Origin: Podarcis gaigeae
Taxonomy: Eukaryota
NCBI GenBank assembly: GCA_964106915.2
Contig: OZ066926.1
Reading direction: 5' to 3' (one strand)
DNA: 64,000 bases
Shown: piece by piece, positions 23,501-34,116 of the stretch
Layout of the letters: every line of letters starts with the position of its first letter
How positions within the stretch are numbered: the stretch's first letter is position 1
Notes under the pieces: generated by a model
Told to the model about the DNA's origin: nothing
Seen by the model: only the letters and a program-made list of their open reading frames with translations
Databases searched by the model: none
Program-made: the position numbers and the translations under genes

Positions 23501-26229
23501 CTAGCTCGTATGTTTGCATGAATGATGGAAAACAACTTGTAGAAGTTTCTCGAAATCAAGGGGGGGCACTGCTGCCCAAAACTGTAACTTAAACAAGCGT
23601 TCTCAAGAAGAAAAGTGGAACGTTGTGATGAGCTGGCCCAGCTGCATAAGAAGCAAAAACATCCGATATTCTGACCTCATCAAAAAACTGCTGAGTTTTG
23701 CGCAGTATAAATTTTAATTCCGTCAGCTCTAGGAAGTTCCTTTTCAGGGCTTCCTGGTTGGTATTAATCTCTTTGAGCTCATTTTCAATCTTCTCAAAGT
23801 TTGCCTGCAGAAAAAAGAGAAGTAAGATGAAAATGAGTTGATTATTAGCTGTCAATATGCTGTAGTAGACGCATCTTTTCCTCGATGTATGAACTGTCAG
23901 TTCCTTTAATCTCTCTAAAGCCAAATTCAAATCCTATGCTAGAATAGAGACAATCTTCTACATTAAAGAACTATTATTTTTACCTTTTACAGCCAGAGAT
24001 GCCCTTGAACAAATTATATAAATCAGTAACTAAACTGCCATTGGCTGATGCATTTATGATTCCTTTTATTGGAAAACTAGAGACCTATAAAAGCTGGGCT
24101 CCCATCAAGGCTGTTTGGATGATTGCTTATGAAGTCATGAACAAGTGCTGGAGCAAAACACTTTATCCCCTCATCCCCTATTGTCCACCACCTTCAGAAC
24201 AAAGACCGTGGCTAGTATTAAACCAGTGTTCTTTGTTAATGTCTGGACTAAGGAACTCTGGCTGAACCATTGTTAACAAACCAGGAAAATATGTCAGGGT
24301 ATTCCCCCAGACCTTTCTGTAAAACTCTATTCAGCATCCAGTTCTAGCTATTTCCTCTGCAATCTGATTTTCCCACTCAATATTTCACTTTTCACAGGCC
24401 TGTATCAAGAGAAATAAGCCTTGCAAAACCCCAAGGTGCTATGATTTTACAAGCCACAGTGTTATTTACCTCCAAATCAATCATGTCTCGGGGGAATGGC
24501 ACCTCTGGATTCTCGCCGGTGTCTGTGATGGGAATGTTGGCCTTCTTAATCTCCTTTTCCACAAACCCTAAAAAGGGGGAGAACTGTAATGAGGGGATGA
24601 TTTAAGAAGAGTATGTAATATCATATACGTGAGAGAAGGCCTCACGGATCTGCATACCTCCCCTGTGCAACTGACCATCTGATGCCCCATTCCACCAGAC
24701 CACACAAACACCTCCACTATTAACATCTCTTCTCATTTAAATAATCTACAAAATGATAATTTAAAAACCACAGGTCAAAGAAAGTAGATTACTACCATAT
24801 ATTTTGTTCTGATTTCATGATAGTAAAATGGATGCAGCATGCCTTAATAAATAACAATTGCATGAGGACTAAATAATCACATGTCACTCTCCCCAGACTT
24901 ATACAAAGGAATTTTGACCTTATGGGTTCATTTCCACACAACAAGAACATCTTATACTTTTGCTAGCTGCTATTGGAATCTATTTTCCTTCTATTTTATC
25001 TGTTATGCTGCTAACTATCATGTCACGTTGTATATCATATTCTCATGATTTGGATCCTGTTCTAATTTCTGCAACAATGTACAATATGCAGATTATTTAG
25101 CATAGCCACAGAAATCTGGGGAGAGGTTTAAAGAATCCCAGACTGATTTAGCCCCATCAGCCTATTCCAGGCATAGGCAAACTCAGCCCTCCAGATGTTT
25201 TTGGGACTACAACTCCCATCATCCCTAGCTAACAGGAACAGTGGTCAGGAATGATGGGAATTGTAGTCCCAAGCCATCTGGAGAGCAAAGTTTGCCTATG
25301 CCTGGCATATGCACATGCAAGAGAAAGCAATGACATACTAAGTTTCCTGTCCATCTCTTCACACCTCCGGACTTCATTGACAAATTTACGCTGGAACACA
25401 TTCACATCAGGGTTTAGCTGTCAATAAGAACAAAACATAATTTCTATTACATGTGTGCAGTGACTGAAAACCAGTTGTTGCTCATCTCCAAACCCTTCTG
25501 TACCATAAACTATATTGGTGTGATGTCACAGAAAGCTCATGAACATTTTAACTGTTCAAAGAGAAAATGCAAAGGATTGCTACCCGATCAATAAAAGATC
25601 TATAAAGAGCCCATTTGTTAGTTCCACCAACCTTAGAAGTTCAGAGAGCAGTGGCAGCCCAGGAGAAAGCATTCTCTGCAGCAGCCCCTTTGTTATAAAA
25701 CTATCTATCTACAGTGGTACACCTGGCACCTTCACTGTATGATTTCTGTTGTATGCTGCAGACGTACCTCTTTCGCCTGGCTTTTAACATTTGAGATATC
25801 TTTTCAGGACCCATTCTATTCTTATGATTGTAATTTGTTTCACACTGTTTCTAATATTTTATTTTTAAATTGCTGTAACCTGTACTAGGACCTTATGATG
25901 GAGGCAAGCATGAAATTGAGTACTTGATCATTGTAGGGCACAGAACAACCATTCACAACAAAAGGCAGCAACATTGATAGTTAATACCTTCACAGAATCT
26001 AAAGATGCTTCAGTTATATCCTAGTATGGGGGGGGGATCCTTGAGCATAGGTAACAGTTGTCACAAACAGCAACACAATAAATTGTGTGGACCAACAGGG
26101 CCAGATACATACATCTCGAAACTGGACCTTCCCAAGTTCTCCCAGTTCACTGACACAGCAATACGCTGCTTCAGACTGAAGGAAAAGTTGTGCAAGGGTC
26201 ATTTCTTCACTCCGGAAGAGCTCCCCCAT
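605..26229 (-). CDS. ATP6V0A1: V-type proton ATPase 116 kDa subunit a1, spliced CDS (coding exons 2-18; 3' part lies outside the window)
   Basis: Joined exons translate to [66 protein letters not shown]...[36 protein letters not shown]. All 17 exons are flanked by AG/GT with compatible phases, total 2112 nt (704 aa). CAVIN1 as neighbour matches known synteny. Confidence 0.98.
818..861. repeat. (GA)22 microsatellite
   Basis: Direct observation. Confidence 0.95.
1692..2193 (+). mobile_element. L2 LINE 3' fragment (ORF2 C-terminus, 3'UTR and (TTA)n tail)
   Basis: Translates, with one frameshift, to [17 protein letters not shown]...[34 protein letters not shown], typical of the L2 ORF2 end. Tail GTAAGCCGC...GGGTATAAATAAAAATTATTATT; possible short TSD AGTCTA. 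Confidence 0.8.
3673..3747 (-). CDS. ATP6V0A1: Candidate alternative cassette exon of ATP6V0A1 (75 nt, [25 protein letters not shown])
   Basis: About 60 nt pyrimidine tract plus atcag acceptor, GTGAGT donor, 25 open codons in phase 0 matching exons 17 and 18. Confidence 0.75.
4597..4704 (-). CDS. ATP6V0A1: ATP6V0A1 exon 17 (108 nt)
   Basis: [36 protein letters not shown]; cacag / gtgggt. Confidence 0.96.
4995..5107 (+). mobile_element. tRNA-Ile-derived SINE with CR1-type 3' tail (5' truncated)
   Basis: TGCTGAAATGCCAAGGTTGCAGGTTCGATCCCCATATGGGACA matches the tRNA-Ile 3' half with CpG decay, then CR1 tail GGGGGTTGAACTAGATGATCCTC...TTCCAATTCTAGGATTCT. Confidence 0.7.
5213..5426 (-). CDS. ATP6V0A1: ATP6V0A1 exon 16 (214 nt)
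   Basis: [71 protein letters not shown]; ttctag / gtaggt. Confidence 0.96.
5495..5587 (+). mobile_element. Squam3-like SINE, 3' half
   Basis: AACCCTGGAGAGCTGCTGCCAGTCAGTG...GCTCAGTATAAGGCAGCTTTCTATG, very similar to 6304-6390. Confidence 0.65.
5639..5757 (-). CDS. ATP6V0A1: ATP6V0A1 exon 15 (119 nt)
   Basis: [39 protein letters not shown]; actag / gtgagt. Confidence 0.96.
6221..6391 (+). mobile_element. Squam3-like squamate SINE (tRNA-Ala-like head)
   Basis: CATGCAGAAGGTCCCAGG...GGTAGGGCT...GAAACCCTGGAGAGCTGCTGCCAGTCAGTGTAG...CCAATGGTCTGACTC...AGGCAGCTTCCTATG; related copies at 5495-5587, 33141-33295 and ~59270-59345 (minus). Confidence 0.7.
6716..6806 (-). CDS. ATP6V0A1: ATP6V0A1 exon 14 (91 nt)
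   Basis: [30 protein letters not shown]; cacag / gtaaga. Confidence 0.95.
7095..7252 (-). CDS. ATP6V0A1: ATP6V0A1 exon 13 (158 nt)
   Basis: [53 protein letters not shown]; gccag / gtaagt. Confidence 0.96.
7884..8023 (-). CDS. ATP6V0A1: ATP6V0A1 exon 12 (140 nt)
   Basis: (A)[46 protein letters not shown]; cccag / gtattg. Confidence 0.96.
9489..9575 (-). mobile_element. L2 3' tail remnant with expanded (AAT)n microsatellite
   Basis: (AAT)~16 followed by TTTATTTATATCCCGCCCTCCCCAGCC, the reverse complement of the L2 tail at ~2140-2190. A similar remnant lies at 14529-14605. Confidence 0.65.
9658..9808 (-). CDS. ATP6V0A1: ATP6V0A1 exon 11 (151 nt)
   Basis: [50 protein letters not shown]; aacag / gtaatg. 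Confidence 0.96.
10722..10934 (-). CDS. ATP6V0A1: ATP6V0A1 exon 10 (213 nt)
   Basis: [71 protein letters not shown]; ttcag / gtaagt. Confidence 0.97.
12470..12830 (+). mobile_element. Degraded L2 3' fragment
   Basis: GGGACCAGGTTACCTAAAGGACC... and ...TTGTAAGCAGCCTTG... resemble the L2 copy at 1692-2193. Confidence 0.45.
13095..13188 (-). CDS. ATP6V0A1: ATP6V0A1 exon 9 (94 nt)
   Basis: [31 protein letters not shown]; ttcag / gtatga. Confidence 0.96.
13332..13414 (-). CDS. ATP6V0A1: ATP6V0A1 exon 8 (83 nt)
   Basis: [28 protein letters not shown]; ttctag / gtaagc. Confidence 0.96.
14529..14574. repeat. (AAT)n microsatellite
   Basis: Direct observation. Confidence 0.9.
15226..15352 (-). CDS. 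ATP6V0A1: ATP6V0A1 exon 7 (127 nt)
   Basis: [42 protein letters not shown]; ttcag / gtataa. Confidence 0.96.
16933..17036 (-). CDS. ATP6V0A1: ATP6V0A1 exon 6 (83 nt from 17015, or 104 nt from 17036 adding AELHHQQ)
   Basis: (AELHHQQ)[28 protein letters not shown]; two in-frame CAG acceptors 21 nt apart; gtacgt donor. Confidence 0.95.
17525..17652. mobile_element. Palindromic hAT MITE, older relative
   Basis: GGACTACAATTCCCATCA...TGGGAACTGTAGTCC core; TSD ATATATAC/CTATATAC. Confidence 0.7.
20490..20523. repeat. (CA)n microsatellite
   Basis: Direct observation. Confidence 0.9.
22496..22521. repeat. (GT)n microsatellite
   Basis: Direct observation. Confidence 0.9.
23676..23804 (-). CDS. ATP6V0A1: ATP6V0A1 exon 5 (129 nt)
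   Basis: [43 protein letters not shown]; ctgcag / gtcaga. Confidence 0.97.
24470..24567 (-). CDS. ATP6V0A1: ATP6V0A1 exon 4 (98 nt)
   Basis: (R)[32 protein letters not shown]; tttag / gtaaat. Confidence 0.96.
25168..25304. mobile_element. Palindromic hAT MITE (same family as 34117-34252)
   Basis: TIR CAGGCATAGGCAAACT; degenerate TSD GCCTATTC/GCATATGC. Confidence 0.85.
25339..25417 (-). CDS. ATP6V0A1: ATP6V0A1 exon 3 (79 nt)
   Basis: [26 protein letters not shown]; gacag acceptor, gtatgt donor. Confidence 0.96.
26113..26229 (-). CDS. ATP6V0A1: ATP6V0A1 first coding exon (exon 2), 117 nt CDS; exon probably starts at 26274 with 45 nt 5'UTR
   Basis: [10 protein letters not shown]...KVQFRD then GTATGT donor; upstream pyrimidine tract and AG at 26275-26276. 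Confidence 0.96.
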
Positions 26230-27214
26230 AGTGAGAGAGAAGAGCCGGGCAAACTAGGGTGAGAATCCTTTTGCCTTTAGGAGAAAGAAAAAGGAGGACA
26301 AATGTAAGATTCAACAGAAAGGTATCAATTCTGTTATCTACCTTTTGGGGTACATGGAAGGCATATATTGTAGATTAATTTATATCTCTCTCATGGAGAT
26401 TGAAAACTAGGACTGGAACACCTCAAACTGAAGTAAGAGAAGAGCATAAAAATTCTGAAAATATTATTTAAGAATTGTAAAAAAGGAACGCCTATTCCAT
26501 GGTGTCTCATTTTTATGCGCCACACACAACTAACCCCTACTATGCAGCACTCAAAAATTCTGTTGCCTCTGAATTTCACCTCTCAGTTCCAGCTAATGCT
26601 TCATGACCAGCTGCCCATCATGTGGCACCTCTGCAAGCTGCTGCCCCAGAAACACAAGCAGCAGCCTATCAGCTGACAGCCATCTCCAGGGAAAAACTGT
26701 TACATAGCACTGCAGCAGATTTAGCTGGTCGCATAGGGATTCAGAGCTTATTTTCACTAAGGGATGGGAGAACATCCGGATGTCATAGTCCACAGGGATT
26801 ATCCAGTGAAAGTAAAGTCTGGTTGGTTTTGCAGTCTCCTCAGTCATGCTGATAAAACAGAAAGTGAACCACTAATGTCAGGCTTGAGACATAAGAAATG
26901 CCACATCAGAATGATATGGGCTTAATCAGCGTCCAGAAATATTTCAATTTATTAACATATAAATGAAGATTTTTTTTTAAAGTGAATCATTTTTTGTTCT
27001 GCTTGGAAAGTCTTTTTCAAACAGTTGAGGCAAAACACTATGCAGAGATTTATCCATACTTTTGTCTTACTTGCTACCGATGCAGTAAGCATTTAATGCA
27101 TCAATGATTGGAATGGTGTTGCTACTGTCCACTTGGTTTTTGATCAGTGGACAAAAGAGGGAGGTACTTGGGAAATACATGTGAAAATATAGCTTGATAT
27201 AATATAGTATAGAT

Positions 27215-27402
27215 CAGAGCTTTCCAAACTGTGTGTCGGTTGCAGTGTGTAGGTGTGTTGCGCAAACGGTCCCCACACTCCAACCAGGGCTGGAAAGGGG
27301 TTAGTTTAATCTCCAGTTTGCTAGTAAAACTGAATTACTGTGTTGTGAAATGATGTATGTCTAAAAAGTGTGTCACCAACATGAAAAGTTTTGAAAGCTC
27401 TG
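27215..27402. mobile_element. hAT-type MITE in ATP6V0A1 intron 1
   Basis: TIRs CAGAGCTTTCCAAACT / AGTTTTGAAAGCTCTG (1 mismatch); TSD not recognisable. Confidence 0.65.
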
Positions 27403-28499
27403 ACATAACTAATTCAATGAAAATAATGCACGGACGCTACTGCTCACTGATGGCTGAGCAGCAAGAGTTAAAAAGCAACACACATTATCCATGCTGAATG
27501 CTAACAATTACTGAGACTAGGAGCCTTTCCAAAAAATAAACTACAAATTAACTCTGGCATCTTACTCCAATAAGCCACTCAACAAGAGATGGGGGCATTG
27601 CAAGGGCACCACAGCGGCAGTATGACTGAACTTTGAGCTTATCTGCCCAAATGCCTGACAAATTTGTAAGGCCCAACTCCAAGAAAAGTTGCAATTATTA
27701 TTTTATACAAGCTAAGGTGCAGCAACCGAAACAAATGCCATGCTTGAACACATGCTTTCACGTCAGAAGGATAGCATTAATGAATTAATAAAGTTAGTAA
27801 GTGCTGGATGACAGGAATCTAAAGAATCCTTAAGACTAGAATCCCCATTTCAATTTATTGTCTCTTGAGCTCCCCCACCTCAGTTTTTTTAAAGTGAAGT
27901 ACATTCTTTCCCCTTTGCAGAACTCTCCATTCTTGTAACTGCCTTTAATGCATCTCTTTGATGTACCAGAGCCCATTTTCACTCAACCCCATCAAGACTG
28001 GGGCAATTTCTCTTTATTTCACCCCCTTGGTGAGCAGGAATGTGCCTTCCATCTTCTTATACCTAACACAAAGGCAGGAAGCTGCTGTCACCCCACATTA
28101 CAACATGAACAGCTACCCCCATCCCTCCCCAAAGAGGGCACAGATGACAAACAGCAGGAGACATCTACTTCTCAGAAACAAATGGGTTAGCAAGTGGCTC
28201 CTCCATCACCATCCCATCATCTTATCCATCCAGCGCCGCCTGCCCACAAGAAGGCAACGCCCCAGGTATCACTCCCAGCATGAAACCGGCCTCCTCCCTA
28301 CACTCTTAAACGTCCCCACAGGTTCTGGACAGATCCCTCTCCTCCTCTCCAAAGGTACCCATAGGAGAAACCAGCTCGCCCCCTGGGGCGCCCCTGAAAC
28401 CCAATGACACCCCCACACATTCAAATATAATACCTTCTGCTTCCCCCTCCCACCAGGGGACCTTGGATTAGGCGACCTACCCGCCTAAACTGACCCACC

Positions 28500-29060
28500 G
28501 ACACAGCCAGGCTGCCCCTTGTCTCCCCTCACTGGCCCTAAGCGGAGTATCACGCGCCCCACTCCCACAACCGCAGAGGACAGGGCAGACCCTTCCCCTC
28601 CTCGACTAGGCCCCGCGCTCTCCCATGACGCATTGCGCTGCTTCCCCGTATTAACCGCATTTCAACGCCCCCTGCCCCGCCGCGCCGCCTCCCCTCCCCC
28701 CCGCACCTTGAAAAGGGCTTCGCCGCCGCAGACCTTTAAACGCCTCACCAAAAACAAGCCGCGGCACCTGCTCCGACAAAGCGGCAACCAACCCACCCCC
28801 CCACCAGCTTCCGCTGATGACGCCACTGCGTAAGTGCGCGGCGCCCGCCTTCCCTTCTTCCGCCCGGCCCGGTGGCGTTGCTTAGCAACAGGGCCCGCGC
28901 CGGCGTGGTGCGTTCGGGCAAGGTTCGCTGGATTGCCTGCCTTAAGTGGCCGCCATTTTGGCGACCGCTTTCATAAGTCGCGGCGGCGGCGTGCCATGGC
29001 CGGTGACGTCACGCCCTGGGTTTTTTGTGATCGTGGCGGTTCAAAGGGTTCGCCTCAGAA
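28500..29060 (-). promoter_or_regulatory. CpG-island promoter and non-coding exon 1 region of ATP6V0A1
   Basis: Only strongly CpG/GC-rich stretch in the window, 2.3-2.8 kb upstream of exon 2. Motifs: ETS-like GCGGAAG (~28808-28814, minus), X-box GTTGCTTAGCAAC (28877-28889), YY1 GCCGCCATTTTG (28949-28960), CRE TGACGTCA (29004-29011). Candidate exon-1 donors GTGAGG (28748), GTGCCG (28767), GTGCGG (28706). Confidence 0.85.
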
Positions 29061-29124
29061 AATGGTTTCTTTACCCCCAACACCACCACCACCCTGCTCC
29101 AGTGACTGATGTATCTCGAAGGGT

Positions 29125-29405
29125 GTGTACCTGGAAGAACACAAATGGATTCAAGTTACAAGAAAGGAGATTCCGAGTCAGCATCAGGACGTGCTTTCTG
29201 AGAATAAGAGCTGTTCGACAGTGGAACAGACTCCCACGAGAGATGGTGGACACACTCCTTCATTCCTTCCTTCCTTCATGGGAGGTTTTAAAGCAGAGGT
29301 CGAATGGCTGTCTGTCATGTATGTTCTAGTTGAAATTCCTGCATTGCAGGGAATTACACTTGCAGTATCCTTCCCAACTTTACAATCCTATGATTATCAT
29401 TGATT
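29125..29405 (+). mobile_element. CR1 LINE 3' fragment
   Basis: TNGFKLQERRFRVSIRTCFLRIRAVRQWNRLPREMV is the CR1 ORF2 C-terminus; tail TTCCTGCATTGCAGGG...TTCCCAACTTTACAATCCTATGATT. Confidence 0.85.
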
Positions 29406-29689
29406 CATAATTATCAGGCCTGTTACCTGATAAGAGATTAGTTGTACTGAGTTTCAGCCGATGAATTAGAGATCCAAGCTTTTTTTTTTTGTATTAACTA
29501 AGTGGCCAATCACTAAACATTGCTGTCCTACTAAGTTCTTTATAGCATAAAGAAAAGTAGGGAAGTCCCAAAAACATGTGCATGATTGTAAATCACACTG
29601 GGGCTCTGAGGTGGGGGGGAAAGGAGAGGGCACAGGAAAATGACTGCCACAGTGTTTAGGGAGATCTGGAGAAATTTCCCTTTGAGGAA

Positions 29690-29965
29690 AAGCTACAATG
29701 TTCTGGAGCTTTTTCGGTTTAGAAAATAGCAGATTAGAAGGGTGGCTTATGCTGTGGAGAAAGTGTTCAGGGAGAAAATCTCATACTAGAATGTAGAGTT
29801 TTAGCAACAGAATCCAATGAAACGGAGCTGTGGGAGCTTCGGGACAGAGAAAGGCACACTTCTTGACCGCAAGGTATAGTGATTGCTGCTGACTTGGGTG
29901 GTTTTAAAGGGGGGACTGGACAAGCTAAGGCTATACATTGCCTACTAGTCATGATGGCTATATTG
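29690..29965 (+). mobile_element. Older degraded CR1 fragment
   Basis: GAGCTTTTTCGGTTTAGAAAATAGCAGATTAGAAGGG...TTTAAAGGGGGACTGGACAA...CTACTAGTCATGATGGCTA resembles the CR1 3' region. Confidence 0.5.
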
Positions 29966-30042
29966 CTCCCAGAATAAGAGGCAGTGTTCCACTAAACACC
30001 AGTTAATTGGAAGAATTCATATTCTTGTGGATTTCCCATAGG

Positions 30043-30242
30043 CAGGGCCGGCCGACTCATGAGGCAAGGCAAGATGACCATGTTATGCAGCAGGATTCAC
30101 TGGAGCAGCAGATCCCACTGTTGATCTTTCTCCCCCCTCCTTCCTGCCCTTCTTCTTTATATGGCCCTTCTTCCCTCACTCCTTCCTTGGCAGGGAATTT
30201 TGGGATCTGCCTTGGGTGCCAAAATGTATTGAGTCAGCCGTG
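30043..30242. mobile_element. Non-autonomous hAT element (CAGGGCCGGC-type TIR)
   Basis: Perfect 8-bp TSD CCCATAGG (30035-30042, 30243-30250) and imperfect TIRs. Confidence 0.7.
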
Positions 30243-30254
30243 CCCATAGGTCTA

Positions 30255-30483
30255 CAGTGGTTCTTTGGTTCTCGAATGGCTTAGTTATCGAACAAATCGG
30301 CTCCCCAACACCGCAAACCCAGAATTAAGTGTTCCAGTTTACAAATGTTTTTGGAAGCTGAACATCCGCTTGAGTGCAGGTAGCTCCTGCAGCCAATCGG
30401 AAGTCGCGCCTTGGTTTTCAAACAGTTTCGGGAGTTGAACCGACTCCCGTAACGGATTAAGTTCTAGAACCAAGGTACCACTG
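30255..30483. mobile_element. Tc1/mariner (Tigger/pogo-like) MITE
   Basis: TIRs CAGTGGTTCTTTGGTTCTCGAA / TTCTAGAACCAAGGTACCACTG flanked by TA dinucleotides. Confidence 0.8.
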
Positions 30484-30594
30484 TATTGGTAGTTTTACGA
30501 TAAGCGAAGAGAGCAATAAACATGATAAAGCGTTTGGTCTGCTGCAGCAAGTATCTTCCTAATTATAAGTTTAACTCCGTCTCTTGATGCTGTA

Positions 30595-30946
30595 GGGGAT
30601 GGGGGTGGCGCTGTGGGTTAAACCACAGAGCCTAGGACTTGACGATCAGAAGGTTGGCGGTTCGAATCCCCGCAACGGGGTGAGCTCCCATTGCTCAGTC
30701 CCAGCTCCTGCCAACCTAGCAGTTCGAAAGCACGTCAAAGTGCAAGTAGATAAATAGGTACCACTCCAGCGGGAAGATAAACGGCGTTTCTGTGTGCTGC
30801 TCTGGTTCGCCAGAAGCGGCTTAGTCATGCTGGCCACATGACCCGGAAGCTGTACACCGGCTCCCTCGGCCAATAAAGCAAGATGAGCGCCGCAACCCCA
30901 GAGTCGGTCACGACTGGACCTAATGGACTGGACCCTTTACCTTTAC
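30595..30946 (+). mobile_element. Full-length Sauria SINE
   Basis: Pol III A box TGGCGCTGTGGG, B box GGTTCGAATCC, characteristic body, (ACCTTT)n tail; flanked by TSD CTTGATGCTG (30583-30592 and 30947-30956). Confidence 0.9.
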
Positions 30947-33140
30947 CTTGATGCTGAACAGTTCAGGTTATAATTCCACTCCCACCCCACCCCATTTTGC
31001 CACCATGTCCTTCTCCTGGTGAGTCCATACAGGCCCCCAGCCTGAAATAATATTTATATAGCATGACTCAGATGCAAAGCTATTGCACAATCATCTGGTT
31101 AGTCTCCTTCATGAAATCTCTTGTTTCCTATGGGGAATTGGGTAACATAGGCCTTGTTAAGGTGCAGGACAGAAATCCCCATAGGAGAAACTATGGAAGC
31201 TGTAAAAGTGAGGGAAGTCCACAGAGACGGAATGCGATACAGAAAGGAACAAAAGATCCCTTAGTTTTCTGTGCATTTGGAGATGCCTGAAGACCTGTAG
31301 GCAAAAGGACTTATTTGTGTTATTAGTAGAATTTATTTTTATTACTCTTTTTGTCCTCATGATTACTTTTGTTCATTGGGGGCACTGTGCCTAACAGCAA
31401 TATAGTGAGGAGAAATTAGTAGGTGCAGCCTCTCCAGCCCTTCCTCGTGAGCAAAGTTTTGTAGGTTGAATTTCTCCCTGTCATGTACCTGTAAAGAGTA
31501 CAGTATAGAGTTTCTGTCAAGGAAAAGCTTTAAATGTGTTTTTTTTGTATCTTAGATTTTTATCCAGCTGCTTCCCAGAGGAGTTCATGGCAATAATGTG
31601 CACTGTGTGTGTGTTTCTCCCCAAACCTGTGAAATAGGTTAGGTTGAAAGTATTACGAGGTCTAGATTACTCAATGAGCTTTGGGGTTTAGCAGACTTTA
31701 AACCCAATTCTCTCCAGACCTAGTTGTATACTTACTACACTATAACCTTTGGAGAGGGAAGATTATTTTTTTTGTAACGCTTGCACATTAAGGCATAAAC
31801 ATCTAAAGTTCTCATCCAACAGTGTTTTGTGGTGTGTGTGCTTTTGTAAAAATACTGCAGCCTTCTAATCAGCAATGAGACTTCTAGAGCTTTTTGTAAA
31901 CATTCTGTACTTTGACAAACATTTTAAAGTCCATACATCTTCTTCATATAGTGGCTCACGTCCAAAACAGCACAAAACTTTAACCGTTTTGGAGCATTTC
32001 TGAAACAGATGTCATATGAGTAATACGGGCAAATGCCCTTGTTTTGCTCCTGCTCGAACTAGAGACTTTTCATGCAAAACTGACTCATCACCCTCAAACA
32101 CTGGAAACATTTGTTTTTCCTCTGCTCAGGCGTGCCTTGGGAAATATTTTTCTATAAAATGGTCAGCTATTTTCAACATATGGCAAAAAAAACCCCCAAA
32201 CAAACAGGAGGGGCCATTGTTTCCACTTTATGAACGATGTGTGGGATAACGTGATAAAAATGAAATTGTTCACTTGAGGGTGGGGGATGCTGGTCGATTG
32301 ACTGCCAGCAAATCTCCTGCATAGTTAAGAATGCTCTTGGGTATGGAAGCAGCTCTCCTGGCTCAGGCAGGTTTTAATTGGAGTTTCCGAGGACTGAATT
32401 TGAGACCGCCTGCTTGCAAATGCAACTGAAGTACCCATGAGCTGTGGTCAGGAGGTTGGCGAATGCTGCTGAGTTATCTGGGTACACGAGGATAGCGACT
32501 GAATTTCTAATGTATTCCTCTGCATGCTTGATGAAAGCATTGTGATGGAAAAAACAAAGGCATGCAGACTATGCTTCTCCCTACATCTCCATCCCTGAAT
32601 AAGAGTAATCCAGGAAGTTTTGCCAAATGCACCTTGCAAAATGTTGGTGTGTTTGTACGCATGCTTTTCTGTTTGTTTCCAGTGTCATGCCAGTCAGGCA
32701 ATCTTTATTTGTATACAGCCATAGGTCATTAAAAAGAAAAGCTTGAATTAGACAACTAGCAACAGAGATATATAAATAACCTTCCTAAAAATATTCATGC
32801 GTTATTTTGCGGTTCAAGAAAACAAGGCATCATTGTTAGAAATATTAACAGATTTGCCAAAGAGCAGCAAAATGATCAGCTTATATTCAGTGACCTTGTT
32901 CACATTCTGAAAAAAACAGTCTGGAAAAAAAGTGGTGGTGGGGGGGTTGTTCCACTGTTTCTGGGTCTCCGCATCTCAAGGCCCGGCTACTCAAATAATG
33001 CCAACTTATAGGTAACTTATTTGTCTAGTTCTGATACCAAAAACAACTTTTTTTAAAGCTTCTGTTAATCTAGGTGTACTTTTTAATTATCTACCTGCAT
33101 GATTTTATCCAGTAATGGATAAAAATGTGGAAGGATAATA

Positions 33141-33295
33141 ATTCAGGGATAGAGCGCATGCTTCGCATTCAGAAGGTTCTAGAGTCGGTCCCTGGCATTT
33201 TCAGGTAGGGCTGTCCCTGCCAATTAGTGCAAACAATATTGAGCTAGATGGATCAATAAACTTACCGTACTCTATATTAGGCTTTATTCTCTGTT
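33141..33295 (+). mobile_element. Squam3-like SINE, internally deleted
   Basis: AGAGCGCATGCTTCGCATTCAGAAGGTTC...CCCTGGCATTTTCAGGTAGGGCTG...GAGCTAGATGGATCAAT. Confidence 0.55.
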
Positions 33296-34116
33296 CACAA
33301 AGGATATATGGAACAATGTTCACCTAAACTGTAGTTAGGCCATGTACACATAACTGCTGATTGATTAAGGCTTGAGAATTTTCTATCAAGATGTGCCACT
33401 GCTTGAAAACACAATTGCATGAGAACAGAAAACTGCCTAATATGAAACTACCTTTACTGAATGATTTTATGCAAGCAGATAATACCATTTGGCAAAGCAA
33501 ATAGTTTTAAACAGGAGCATTTAACAGAAGGATTTTATTTTCTTAGCACTTTAGTCCACAGTTTTCTACACCTCAGGAGACAATCGTACTCCAAAATTAA
33601 TGCTGTTGGAGTTCGATCTATTTCTTGAAATGCGGACAACTGCAGCATATGAAAGCTGTTTATGTCAACTTCAAGCAAGTTCCACTGAGAATTTGAGGGA
33701 GGGGGTAATTATCTGGCAATTTCTGTAATTGCAGCCAATAAGGAATGAATGCCAGGCCTGCCTCCATTCTCAGTACAGCAGCTGGTACACTGCCTGGTAA
33801 ACATAAGAGTTGTTGGAAATTTATTCTGGATTACGTCTAGAGTACATAGATTCTGTAGATGCAAAATCTGTCGCATATATATAATTGGAACTGTAGTCGA
33901 TCTCAGAAATCTCAATACTTGAGAGCACCAAATTTATTCCATTTCTTTTTGAAAAAGCCAGATGCCATGTAAGCAAACCAGCAAGCCCAAATGAAAGCTC
34001 AAATTTCTCTCCTGTCAAATGACTGCACACCATATGATTCCCTCAGGCCTCATCATTGCCATCCCCATGCAGGGCACCAGATTTCAGGGCACTAGATAGT
34101 TGAGGAGGCATTGGAT

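Noticed and set aside
28519-29329. Several Arg/Pro-rich ORFs over the CpG island
   Set aside because: Expected from stop-codon scarcity in GC-rich DNA; the only recognisable peptide is the CR1 remnant.
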